The notes under the pieces: model-generated
The model's input: the letters and a program-made list of their open reading frames with translations, nothing else
Told to the model about the DNA's origin: nothing
The model's database searches: none
Program-made: the position numbers and the translations under genes
Assembly: GCA_022652945.1 (NCBI GenBank)
Contig: JALCRV010000003.1
Span: 88,128 to 152,127 of the forward strand
Length of the DNA stretch: 64,000 bases
Direction of reading: 5' to 3'
From: Bacilli bacterium
GTDB taxonomy: Bacteria > Bacillota_I > Bacilli_A > RFN20 > CAG-288
Shown here: positions 8,407-17,196 of the stretch, piece after piece
How positions within the stretch are numbered: position 1 is the first letter of the stretch
Layout of the letters: each line of letters starts with the position of its first letter

Positions 8407-10547
8407 GAAAGAAACTGATCGCTATCATCTTCCTCTTACCGATCATTATTATCGGTCTTTTATATTCCGTCTCTTATGTCCTGATCGGTAATGTAGTCGA
8501 TGAGCCGGATTCTATTTCCTTTGCTGAATCGACAGCCTTTTTACTCGTGGGTGGGGGAATGGATTTGAAAGTAACGAGCTCTCCAAATAATGAAAAGTTC
8601 GCTTCGAATATCACTTATGTTTCTGATCGAGAGGATATTCTTACCGTCAAGGACAATAAGGCTTACGGCTTAAAATCGGGATCCAGCCAAGTCACAGCTA
8701 GATATAAAGAAACCAATATCACGGATACCTTAAATGTTTTTGTCTACACCCCGCAATCTAAAGAGCTTTATATTATCGATCCCAACACTTCCTATACAGG
8801 CATAACTAGTCAAAAAGCTTACGGTGAATATGATCTAGGCGAAGGATTTATTAAAGAAAGCGGGAAGGTTTCCTTAAAGGCCTTTGATTTTGGAGCTTCT
8901 TTAACTATCGATGGTCAACTGACTCCGAGAGGTAAAGCGGAAAGAGCGAACATTATTAAAGGCGAAGGGAAGCTTTCTTACGATGAGAAGAAAGAGACGT
9001 ATAACATTGAGATCTTAGGAGGAGATGATATAACGGTTCGTTTTGTCTCCCAGGTCGGAGAAAGCTTAGATTACACAATAAAAGTCATTCCGGAGGGATT
9101 TAATGTTTATACCTACGCTCAATTGCTTTATTGCACCAACCATTCTCTAAACGGAGAGAAAGTAGTTTTAAGGAGCAATCTGGAGTCTTATTCGAATTCT
9201 TATTTAGGAGAAGAAACAAAGACCGCTAAAAAGAACACTAACCCTCTGCTTTTAACTCAGCAAGAAAAAGACAGTCTTAAGAATCTCGGACAAGAAGAGT
9301 ATCACTACCTTAAAAGGACTTACGATGAAAAAGATTATTACGTAGAATATCTGACTAGAGAATCTACTTACGATACCAGATATCTTACCAGGCTTAATAA
9401 GAGCACTAAGATCAATATCGGATTATCCTTGAAAAAAGATCTTTATGCCAATGGCTTCACTATCAATTTCCACGCTTTGACTTATCCGACTGGAGATCCG
9501 ACTCTGGTCAAAGGGGTTTATCTTCCTTCCTTAAGCGAGAACGATATCTTCCGTGGTCCTTTAGATTATTGCGGAGTTTTAGCTGATGAAAACAATCAAG
9601 CGGCTGCTTCCGTCGGAGGAGAAGATAACTGCGCTTTAGAAGTCGAAGGAGATAATTTGATCTTATCCGGGCTGATTGTTAAAAACTGTAACACCATTAC
9701 GGCTTTAGCTCAGTTAGATTATGTCGGCACGGTTATCGGGATTAAGCATCAATCGAACGTGAAGATTGAAGATTCGATAATCATGAACGGCAGGAATCTA
9801 GTCAGAGCTTTTTCTAATGATGGAGTGACAGTCTCTCATTGCTTATTAGAGTATGCTAAAGACTTCTTATTACGCCTAGGAGCCGATGAGTTTATCCAAC
9901 TGACGAAGGATGAATTCTTAAGCGGAGGAGATTATAACTATCCGGATGGCGAAAGAATCGGTAATACTCTTGAAGTAGATAACACATATTTTTATGATTC
10001 AGGCTTTTTCTCAATCGGCTTAGAATCTCATTTTAATGGGAGATATCTGTATGACAAAGACGAAATCTTCTCTTATACCTTGCCTTTAGGAGGGATTTCT
10101 AAAGGGACGGATCTGACTATTAAAGGCGATACCCGTTTTTATGACTGGAAAGATGTCGATTCGATCTCAACAGACACCATGCTGCAGGTTAAAGCTGATC
10201 TAGGCGATCTTTCCCAATATCTTTCTAATTTTGATATTGTCCCAATCATTAAAAGGGAATTAGCTAAAGAAGAGAATAAAAAGTTCGCTTTAAATGTAGA
10301 AGGAAAAACTTATCTAAATAGCGCCATAGCTGATTATGGCGGAGGTATTAATAACTCGGTAATTAACTCGAACACTGACCTTACCGCCCTTGGGCTTGCA
10401 AAGCTCGGCCCGGTGGTTTTTGATCCAGTCGAGGATAAATTCTTGGCAAATTGCGCAGGAACAGCCCCCTTTAATTTCTATTTATATCCTTCCGACAGTA
10501 AAATCACATATAAAGACACTCCCAAAACTGGTGATTTAGCTGATTAG
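8403..10547 (+). CDS. Large (714 aa) anchored surface protein with a Big_2-like Ig domain and parallel beta-helix-like repeats
   Basis: It has an N-terminal TM segment 'LIAIIFLLPIIIIGLLYSVSYVLIG'. 'ITYVSDREDILTVKDNKAYGLKSGSSQVTARYKE' looks Big_2-like. 'NLILSGLIVKNCNT...VKIEDSIIMNGRNLVRAFSNDGVTVSHCLL' looks PbH1-like. It is translationally coupled to the permease gene. Confidence 0.55.
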   Translation: MRKKLIAIIFLLPIIIIGLLYSVSYVLIGNVVDEPDSISFAESTAFLLVGGGMDLKVTSSPNNEKFASNITYVSDREDILTVKDNKAYGLKSGSSQVTARYKETNITDTLNVFVYTPQSKELYIIDPNTSYTGITSQKAYGEYDLGEGFIKESGKVSLKAFDFGASLTIDGQLTPRGKAERANIIKGEGKLSYDEKKETYNIEILGGDDITVRFVSQVGESLDYTIKVIPEGFNVYTYAQLLYCTNHSLNGEKVVLRSNLESYSNSYLGEETKTAKKNTNPLLLTQQEKDSLKNLGQEEYHYLKRTYDEKDYYVEYLTRESTYDTRYLTRLNKSTKINIGLSLKKDLYANGFTINFHALTYPTGDPTLVKGVYLPSLSENDIFRGPLDYCGVLADENNQAAASVGGEDNCALEVEGDNLILSGLIVKNCNTITALAQLDYVGTVIGIKHQSNVKIEDSIIMNGRNLVRAFSNDGVTVSHCLLEYAKDFLLRLGADEFIQLTKDEFLSGGDYNYPDGERIGNTLEVDNTYFYDSGFFSIGLESHFNGRYLYDKDEIFSYTLPLGGISKGTDLTIKGDTRFYDWKDVDSISTDTMLQVKADLGDLSQYLSNFDIVPIIKRELAKEENKKFALNVEGKTYLNSAIADYGGGINNSVINSNTDLTALGLAKLGPVVFDPVEDKFLANCAGTAPFNFYLYPSDSKITYKDTPKTGDLAD

Positions 10548-10644
10548 GGCCTTAACTTTTTTTTAAAACATAAATAGAGTAAAGTAAATACAGAACAATG
10601 AAGTGCATATATAAGGGTCGTACTCTTGGAAAGGAGGAACGCTG

Positions 10645-11877
10645 ATGCCAATTTACCATTATGTTGGTATCAACTTTCAAGGGAAGAGAATCAAAGGTGA
10701 TTTATCTTGCCAAGATCCGATTGAACTCAAAGATGAATTAAAAAAGCAGAACATCATCATCCGTTCTTATGCAGAAGCCAAAGAAAAAAGACGGAGTGAT
10801 TTTTTAGCCGTCTCTTCAAGAGTCTCCTCGAGAGAATTTGTCACATTCTGCCGTGAATTCTCGATTATGTTAAATGCGGGAGCCTCGATTGGCGACTGCC
10901 TTGATACTTTAAGAAAACAGAAGTTTGGCACCGTCTTCAAAAACACTATCTCCAGGGTTTACGAAGATGTCTTAAAAGGCGAGGAATTGTCCTCGGCTTT
11001 AAGAAAAGAGAAGAAAGGCTTCCCGGATTTCTTCGTTTCGATGGTTTATGTCGGAGAAGTCTCCGGGACCTTAGCCGGGACTTTAACTCAGGCGGCTGAT
11101 TATTATGAAAACAGCGAGAAGACAAAAGGTGAGACCCGCTCAGCTTTGATTTATCCGATTTTCTTATTGGTCGTAGTTCTCGGGATTGTCATTATGCTGA
11201 TGAATGTAGTCATCCCGGAATTTAAAGCGGTCTTATCAGAACTGGGAGCCAGCTTACCTCCGATTACGATCGGAGTTATTGCGGTTTCTGATTTCTTTGT
11301 TTCTTACGGGCTTTATGTTTTAGGGGGTATCGTTGTTTTGATCTTATTGATTTCTTTGATCAATATGACCAAGAAAGGCAAATACTGGAAAGACTGGTTA
11401 TCCTGGAACATGCCTTTATTCGGGCAGATCAAAAGAGCAACGATCGTTTCCGTCTTCTGCGATTCTTTCCAGATTATGCTTAAGTCTGGCTTAACAGTTA
11501 TCGATTGTATGCACGCTATGCCTGGGATTATCAATAACGAGTATTTCAATGACAAGTTCAAATACGCAGCGGAAGAAGTGAATAACGGGAAACGTTTAAG
11601 CAGAGCTTTAGAGAATACGGATCTATTCCCTCCGATGCTGATCCAGATGATTCAGGTCGGGGAAAACTCTTCCGATCTGTCCGGTTGTTTCTCAGCGATT
11701 GGTAAATACTACCAGACTCAGCAGAGAAACACCGTTAAGAAAGTCACTTCCTTATTAGAGCCGACGATTATTCTTTTTATGGGTGCGATTGTCTTAGTTA
11801 TTCTGTTAAGTGTCTTCTTGCCGATGTTTGAAATCTATAATTCGGTGGATAATGGAGGTAACTCAATAAACTACTAG
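10645..11877 (+). CDS. pilC: Type IV pilus / T2SS platform protein (GspF/PilC family)
   Basis: It has two GspF-type repeats ('FCREFSIMLNAGASIGDCL', 'FCDSFQIMLKSGLTVIDCM') and three TM segments. A strong RBS GGAAAGGAGG precedes the gene. Confidence 0.9.
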   Translation: MPIYHYVGINFQGKRIKGDLSCQDPIELKDELKKQNIIIRSYAEAKEKRRSDFLAVSSRVSSREFVTFCREFSIMLNAGASIGDCLDTLRKQKFGTVFKNTISRVYEDVLKGEELSSALRKEKKGFPDFFVSMVYVGEVSGTLAGTLTQAADYYENSEKTKGETRSALIYPIFLLVVVLGIVIMLMNVVIPEFKAVLSELGASLPPITIGVIAVSDFFVSYGLYVLGGIVVLILLISLINMTKKGKYWKDWLSWNMPLFGQIKRATIVSVFCDSFQIMLKSGLTVIDCMHAMPGIINNEYFNDKFKYAAEEVNNGKRLSRALENTDLFPPMLIQMIQVGENSSDLSGCFSAIGKYYQTQQRNTVKKVTSLLEPTIILFMGAIVLVILLSVFLPMFEIYNSVDNGGNSINY

Positions 11878-11878
11878 T

Positions 11879-13636
11879 ATGGATACCAATGAATATTTAG
11901 CTGAACAGTTTGTTCAGCAGGGTCTTCTCCATAGCATGGATGATGCTAAGAGCATCTTACAAGCGGCGGATAAAAAAGGCGTGCCCTTTTTTGAGTTAGC
12001 TCCAGCCTTAGGTAATCTTGAATCAGCGGAAGTCTACGCTTTAGTCGCCAGATTATTTAATATGCGTTACGTTACGGTCTCCGTCTATAACCTCGATGCA
12101 ATCGTAGTTCAGAAAGTCCCGGTCTCTTTAATTAAAGAGGGACGAGTAATTCCGATTTCTATCGAGAAAGGAGTCGTCAATATCATTGTCGATTCGCCTT
12201 ATAAAATGGCTGAAGCCCGCATTGTCGGAACCTTCTTTGAAGAACCTTACGAGGTGTCTTTAACCACGCCGGCGATGCTGGATAGTTTAATTAACAATGT
12301 TACCGGAAGAGAAAGAAGAATCAAAGCGGCTCAGGATTTCAACAAAGAAAACGCCAAGATCGAAGGCAAGGGGAATCATAACTACCGCTCCCTTGATGAC
12401 TACGTCAACGCTCCTTCTGTTCAGTTCGCTGATACTTTACTAGAAGAAGCGGTAGCTCAGAAGGCTTCCGATATTCATATCGAACCTTTGGAATCCAGCG
12501 TCCGTGTCCGCTTCAGAATCGATGGCATTCTAGTCCACCATTGCGAAATCACCGCTTCCTTATATCCAGCTGTTATCGCCCGTTATAAGATTATGGCCAA
12601 CTTGGATATCGCGGAAAGAAGACTCCCTCAGGATGGTAAGATCTCGAAAGTCTTCGACGGTAAATCCTACGATTTCCGTATTTCGACCTTGCCGAATATT
12701 TACGGTGAAAATCTCGTTATCCGTATTTTTAATACTTTAGGTTCTGAGACTAGCATCCACACTCTCGCTAACACTCCGGAAGAAGAAGTGAAGTTCTTAG
12801 AAATGTTAAAAGCCCCTCACGGAATTATCGTCTTAACTGGTCCGACCGGTTCAGGAAAGACCACTACGCTTTATACCTTCTTAAAGGAACTTAATAATCC
12901 GGGAGTTAACATCCAGACGGTTGAGGATCCGGTGGAAAATCAAATGGCCGGGATTAATCAACTGCAGGTCAATACTAAAACAGGTCTGACTTTCGGCAAC
13001 GCCTTAAGATCCATTCTCCGTCAGGATCCTAATATCATCATGATCGGAGAAATCCGTGATGAAGAGACGGCGCACATCGCTGTCCAAGCCGCTATTACCG
13101 GACATCTAGTTTTAAGTACCGTTCACACTAATGATGCGGTGACCGCCATTACTCGTTTAATCGATATGGGAGTTGAGCCTTATCTGGTGGCGGATTCTTT
13201 GGTTGGTTCTATCTCTCAACGTCTGGTCAGAAAACTCTGCCCGGATTGTAAGAAAGAACATAAGCTTACGAAGGAAGAAGCTATCTTCACCGGTTTAAAA
13301 GAAGGAACGAAGATCTATCAGCCGACCGGCTGCTCCAAGTGTAACTTCACAGGTTATTTAGGCAGAACAGCGGTTTTTGAAATGATGATTATGGATGATA
13401 AGATCAGAGAGTCCATCGATAGTAAGCATTTCTCTTTTGATGAGACTAGAAATATCGCTGAACATCAGCCAGGCTTTGTTTCCTTAAGAGAAGCGGGAGC
13501 TCAGCTTGTCGCTCAAGGTGTTACCTCAATCGAGGAATTCGATCATTTAATCAATATTATGGATATCGATGAAAAGCTGGAAGCGAATAAAAAAGAACAC
13601 GAACAAAAAGAAGAAACAGAAAAGCAGAAAGACTGA
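11879..13636 (+). CDS. pilB: Type IV pilus assembly ATPase (GspE/PilB family)
   Basis: It has Walker A 'GPTGSGKTTT', 'RQDPNIIMIGEIRD', 'TGHLVLSTVHTN' and the tetracysteine 'CPDCKKEH...CSKCNFTGY'. There is an N-terminal GSPII_E_N-like domain. The start lies 1 nt after the pilC stop. Confidence 0.93.
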   Translation: MDTNEYLAEQFVQQGLLHSMDDAKSILQAADKKGVPFFELAPALGNLESAEVYALVARLFNMRYVTVSVYNLDAIVVQKVPVSLIKEGRVIPISIEKGVVNIIVDSPYKMAEARIVGTFFEEPYEVSLTTPAMLDSLINNVTGRERRIKAAQDFNKENAKIEGKGNHNYRSLDDYVNAPSVQFADTLLEEAVAQKASDIHIEPLESSVRVRFRIDGILVHHCEITASLYPAVIARYKIMANLDIAERRLPQDGKISKVFDGKSYDFRISTLPNIYGENLVIRIFNTLGSETSIHTLANTPEEEVKFLEMLKAPHGIIVLTGPTGSGKTTTLYTFLKELNNPGVNIQTVEDPVENQMAGINQLQVNTKTGLTFGNALRSILRQDPNIIMIGEIRDEETAHIAVQAAITGHLVLSTVHTNDAVTAITRLIDMGVEPYLVADSLVGSISQRLVRKLCPDCKKEHKLTKEEAIFTGLKEGTKIYQPTGCSKCNFTGYLGRTAVFEMMIMDDKIRESIDSKHFSFDETRNIAEHQPGFVSLREAGAQLVAQGVTSIEEFDHLINIMDIDEKLEANKKEHEQKEETEKQKD

Positions 13637-13840
13637 CGAATAATAAAAAAACCTTGGTTTTGCCTCAATTAATTTTTGCTTACGGATAATTATTTTCATT
13701 AATTTTTTATATTAAATACAAAAAAGAAAACGCCTTGATATTCATTTTTTATAAAGAGGGTGAAATTGTTAATAATTTTTGATTTTTTGGATGTATTACT
13801 GATTAAAAGGTGTGGAAAAGTCCACGGTGACTTTTTGTCG

Positions 13841-13869
13841 TTGACAAAACAGGTTTAAAATTTTAACAT
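13841..13869 (+). promoter_or_regulatory. Putative promoter of the major pilin gene (TTGACA-17-TAACAT)
   Basis: A perfect -35 hexamer sits at 13841-13846 with a 17-nt spacer and a weak -10. It lies in a 297-bp AT-rich spacer. A GCAGCA/TGCTGC hairpin and the RBS AAAAGGAGGG follow. Confidence 0.35.
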
Positions 13870-13933
13870 ATTTGTACTATTAATAAAGCAGCAATCCTAA
13901 TGATGCTGCAAAAAAGGAGGGTTAACAACCTTT

Positions 13934-14506
13934 ATGAAGCTGTTTAAGAAAGCTAAGAAGGCCTTTACGTTGGTTGAGTTGATTACGGTTATGGCTATTA
14001 TCGCTGTCTTGGCTGGTGTTTCTGTCGGAGCCTACTTTGGGATTGTCGAGAACGCCAAGAAGAGCGCTGTCAGACAAGAGACCGATCAGATTAAGACTCA
14101 GTTGGTCGCTGCTACTTCTGGAGACGGATACACTGTCAGCGCTGCTACTATTAAAGAAGGTTCTGTTACTGGTTTTACAGCAGTCATGACTACTAACGAT
14201 ACGGTTACTATTACTTTAGCTCCGACCACTCTGACTGATGTCACTGTTAACGATGTTCGTTATGTCCTTGCTTATATTGTTGCTGATAACAATGGCACTC
14301 TGACAGTTGCCGGTGTTCAAGCTGTGGCCAATAGAATTAATGTTACCTTGACCACTGATTACACTGTCGATGCAACAAATAAATATGTGGCTGCAGTTAA
14401 AGGCTTTACCTGCAAGAAAGATGGCAGAGATGCTCATACTACGTTTATTACTAACGCAGTGAATGTTGCCACTGCCGCAAATTTTGACACCATCACTATT
14501 TCTTAA
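13934..14506 (+). CDS. pilA: Major type IV pilin (prepilin N-terminal cleavage/methylation domain)
   Basis: 'MKLFKKAKKA|FTLVELITVMAIIAVLAGVSVGAYFG' is followed by a T/V/A-rich globular part. The gene has a strong RBS, its own upstream spacer and a terminator directly downstream. Confidence 0.85.
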   Translation: MKLFKKAKKAFTLVELITVMAIIAVLAGVSVGAYFGIVENAKKSAVRQETDQIKTQLVAATSGDGYTVSAATIKEGSVTGFTAVMTTNDTVTITLAPTTLTDVTVNDVRYVLAYIVADNNGTLTVAGVQAVANRINVTLTTDYTVDATNKYVAAVKGFTCKKDGRDAHTTFITNAVNVATAANFDTITIS

Positions 14507-14532
14507 TCCTAGTCTTCCTTAAATCTAAAGAA

Positions 14533-14559
14533 AGCTCCGCTGAAAGGCGGGGCTTTTTT
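14533..14559 (+). terminator. Rho-independent terminator between the convergent pilin and GH3 genes
   Basis: AGCTCCGC-tgaaag-GCGGGGCT hairpin followed by TTTTTT. Confidence 0.7.
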
Positions 14560-14592
14560 AGTGTCATCAATGAATTAATAAGGCTGGATTAT

Positions 14593-17019
14593 TTACTTTC
14601 CTGTCAGCATCTTAAAGATACCCTTCAGTGGTCTCTTATTAACGTACATCAGAAGTCCTTGGACTTTTTGATAAGAGAAGCGGCTGCCTAGGAATCCCAC
14701 GATCATGGAGACTGAAATATTAGGTAAGGAAAGAATGAAGTTTTTAGCGGAAACGACAGCATCGTAACGTTTAGGATCATTGATATCTAAAGCTTCCGCT
14801 TTCTTTAAGTTCTTTAAAGCGTATTTGAAGGCGAGCTTATAAACCTTTCTTCCTCTCTTGGTCTGCTTAAAATCATCCAAGGTGGATTCCATATCTAAAG
14901 GCAGACGAGGAGCTTCCGGAGGAATCTTATGACCCAGGAGTATCTCGAATTGCTGCTGAGGGAAGATGTTGTTGATCGGAGAGAAATAACTCGGGAAATC
15001 TGATGGAGCGAAAGGAGCCGGGATATCGTTGCGCCCGGAGATCTTAACATCCTTCCGTAAGCGGATATCAGCGGAAGAGGATCCGACTAAGATTGAAGCG
15101 ACGGAAGATTCAACGACAAACTCTTTAAGCTTAATATTGTAGTAAGCAAACTCTTCCTTGCCGACTTCAAACAGAATCTCTTTCTCTTCGGTCGGTTCAA
15201 GGGTGATTCGTTGGAACTTCTTTAAAGCTTTAAGGGCTTTAAAGACACCGGTGTCGCGCTGGCTGATATATAGTTGAGCTACTTCAGTTCCCGCTTTAGT
15301 CCCGACATTTTTGATCTTAAAGGAAACAGCGAAATCTGTTTCGTTATCTTTAACGTTTAAATCTGAATATTCGAATTTCGTATAAGTCAGTCCGTGTCCG
15401 AAGGGGAAGAGAGGAGTGATTCCTGTCTTGTCGTAATAACGATAGCCGACAAAGATCGATTCTCGATATTCCTGAATATCCTTTCTCTTGTTGAAGTAAG
15501 GATAGGAAGGGACATCCTGAAGATCCTTTGGCCAAGTCTCCATTAAGTGGCCGGAAGGGTTGACGTCACCGAAAAGCAGATGGGCGCAGGCGGTTCCTCC
15601 GCCTTGGCCCGGGAGGTACATATCTAAAATTGAATCTACCTTATCAATAAAGGGCAAGGCGACAGGTGAGCCGTTAAAAAGAACGAGGACCACACGTTTA
15701 CCTAAATCTAATAAAAGAGAAATCAGATGAAGCTGATTAGCAGGTAAATTAAGGTCTTTACGGTCGTAGCCTTCCGATTCCATAAGATCGGTTAATCCGG
15801 CGAAAATAACAATCTTATCAAAGTTACCCGCTAACTGAACAGCGGCCTTTTCCATCTCGCTATCGATTTCCTCAGAATCGATTCTGTAACCAGGTGCATA
15901 ATCGATTTTGCGGTATAAACGTAAAGCCTCTAAAGGCGAAGAGATTTTGGTCGGGTTAACATGAGAAGAACCCAGACCTTCGAATCTCATCTTGTCAGCT
16001 AAGGTTCCGATGACGCAGAAGTTTTCCGTGATAATCAAAGGAAGACTCTTATTTTCGTTCTTTAGTAAAACGGCTCCCTCTTCGGCGATTCTGGTCGCGA
16101 TCTTATGATGCTCATCGCGATTATATTTAATCCCGGGTTGTTCAGTGGCCTTAAGTTTCTGGGCTAGTTCAATCACTCTTTGGCAGGAACGATCGACCGC
16201 CCCCATATCTAAGTTGCCTTGTTTTTGAGAATTAACAATAGAGTCTGAGTGGTATTTGACTTCCCCAGGCATTTCCAAATCTAAGCCGTTGATTAAAGAG
16301 CCTCTGCCATCGATGACTGCTCCCCAGTCAGAGACGAATACACCGTTGAAGTTCCATTCTAGACGAGCCACATCAATCAAAAGTTCATGGTTAGCAACTG
16401 CTTTGCTTCCTCTGACTTTGTTGTAAGACGCCATGATGGTGGTCGGACGTGCTTCTCTGATGACCATCTCAAAAGGTTTTAAATAGATTTCTCTTAAGGC
16501 TCTTTCATCTACTTCAGAATCCGAGATAAAACGGTAGTCTTCCTCGTTGTTGCAGCAGTAATGCTTTAAAGAAGTTCCTACCCCTTTGGATTGAACACCT
16601 TGGACGTAGTTAATGCCGATTCTGCCAGCTAAGTAAGGATCTTCAGAGACATATTCAAAATTGCGTCCGCAAAGAGGGTTGCGTTTAATGTTAACTCCCG
16701 GACCTAGGATAATATCGACACCGTTTTCTAAGCACTCTTCTCCTAAGGCTACACCCATATCGTAAACGATGCTTTCATCAAAAGTGTTTCCGACCGTGCA
16801 TAAAGGAGGGAAGCAGGTGGCAGGGACAGCGGGTTTAGCTTCCTCGCCTTTATCAACCTTCCTTAAGCCGTAAGGCCCATCGGACATTCTGATTTTAGGT
16901 ATTTTAAATTTTTGATTTTCTCCGGTATACCAAAGATCGTGCCCAGTAAGCAACTGAGCCTTTTCTTCGATGGTCATGCCTTTTAGCAAATTCTTGATAT
17001 TTGAATAATCTGGTTCCAT
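14593..17019 (-). CDS. Glycoside hydrolase family 3 beta-glucosidase
   Basis: It has 'MTIEEKAQLLTG', 'RMSDGPYGLR' and 'GVFVSDWGAV' (the GH3 SDW nucleophile motif) plus a long C-terminal extension. The ORF is open to 17067, but the Met at 17019 (MEPDY...) fits typical GH3 N-termini. The start is uncertain. Confidence 0.85.
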   Translation of the reverse strand: MEPDYSNIKNLLKGMTIEEKAQLLTGHDLWYTGENQKFKIPKIRMSDGPYGLRKVDKGEEAKPAVPATCFPPLCTVGNTFDESIVYDMGVALGEECLENGVDIILGPGVNIKRNPLCGRNFEYVSEDPYLAGRIGINYVQGVQSKGVGTSLKHYCCNNEEDYRFISDSEVDERALREIYLKPFEMVIREARPTTIMASYNKVRGSKAVANHELLIDVARLEWNFNGVFVSDWGAVIDGRGSLINGLDLEMPGEVKYHSDSIVNSQKQGNLDMGAVDRSCQRVIELAQKLKATEQPGIKYNRDEHHKIATRIAEEGAVLLKNENKSLPLIITENFCVIGTLADKMRFEGLGSSHVNPTKISSPLEALRLYRKIDYAPGYRIDSEEIDSEMEKAAVQLAGNFDKIVIFAGLTDLMESEGYDRKDLNLPANQLHLISLLLDLGKRVVLVLFNGSPVALPFIDKVDSILDMYLPGQGGGTACAHLLFGDVNPSGHLMETWPKDLQDVPSYPYFNKRKDIQEYRESIFVGYRYYDKTGITPLFPFGHGLTYTKFEYSDLNVKDNETDFAVSFKIKNVGTKAGTEVAQLYISQRDTGVFKALKALKKFQRITLEPTEEKEILFEVGKEEFAYYNIKLKEFVVESSVASILVGSSSADIRLRKDVKISGRNDIPAPFAPSDFPSYFSPINNIFPQQQFEILLGHKIPPEAPRLPLDMESTLDDFKQTKRGRKVYKLAFKYALKNLKKAEALDINDPKRYDAVVSAKNFILSLPNISVSMIVGFLGSRFSYQKVQGLLMYVNKRPLKGIFKMLTGK

Positions 17020-17196
17020 TTGGATATAGTTTAGCATTGTTGACGATATGAATAAAAGAATTTTCAAATGGCTCTTTATAGCCTATTTAAGGTCTCGGCT
17101 CAAAGGTTGATGCTCTTTTGGATTTTTATTTTCCTTTTTGGTGGTTTTAGAACAGTTTTAATATGGTAAAATCTTAATTAACAGGTATACAACAAA

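Noticed and set aside
1-14560. Interpretation of the pilus-like locus as an ordinary comG/comC competence pseudopilus operon.
   Set aside because: comG operons start with the ATPase and platform genes, followed by comGC-GG. They do not contain an ABC exporter or ~700-1100-aa anchored proteins. Here the order is inverted, and a separately promoted 190-aa pilin ends the locus. A DNA-uptake role cannot be excluded from sequence alone.
17068-17196. A promoter or operator call in the divergent GH3/GH1 intergenic region (TGgTAAAAT extended -10-like box).
   Set aside because: The spacing to the only -35-like hexamer (TTAGAA) is ~14 nt, and no palindromic operator is evident. The evidence is too weak to annotate.
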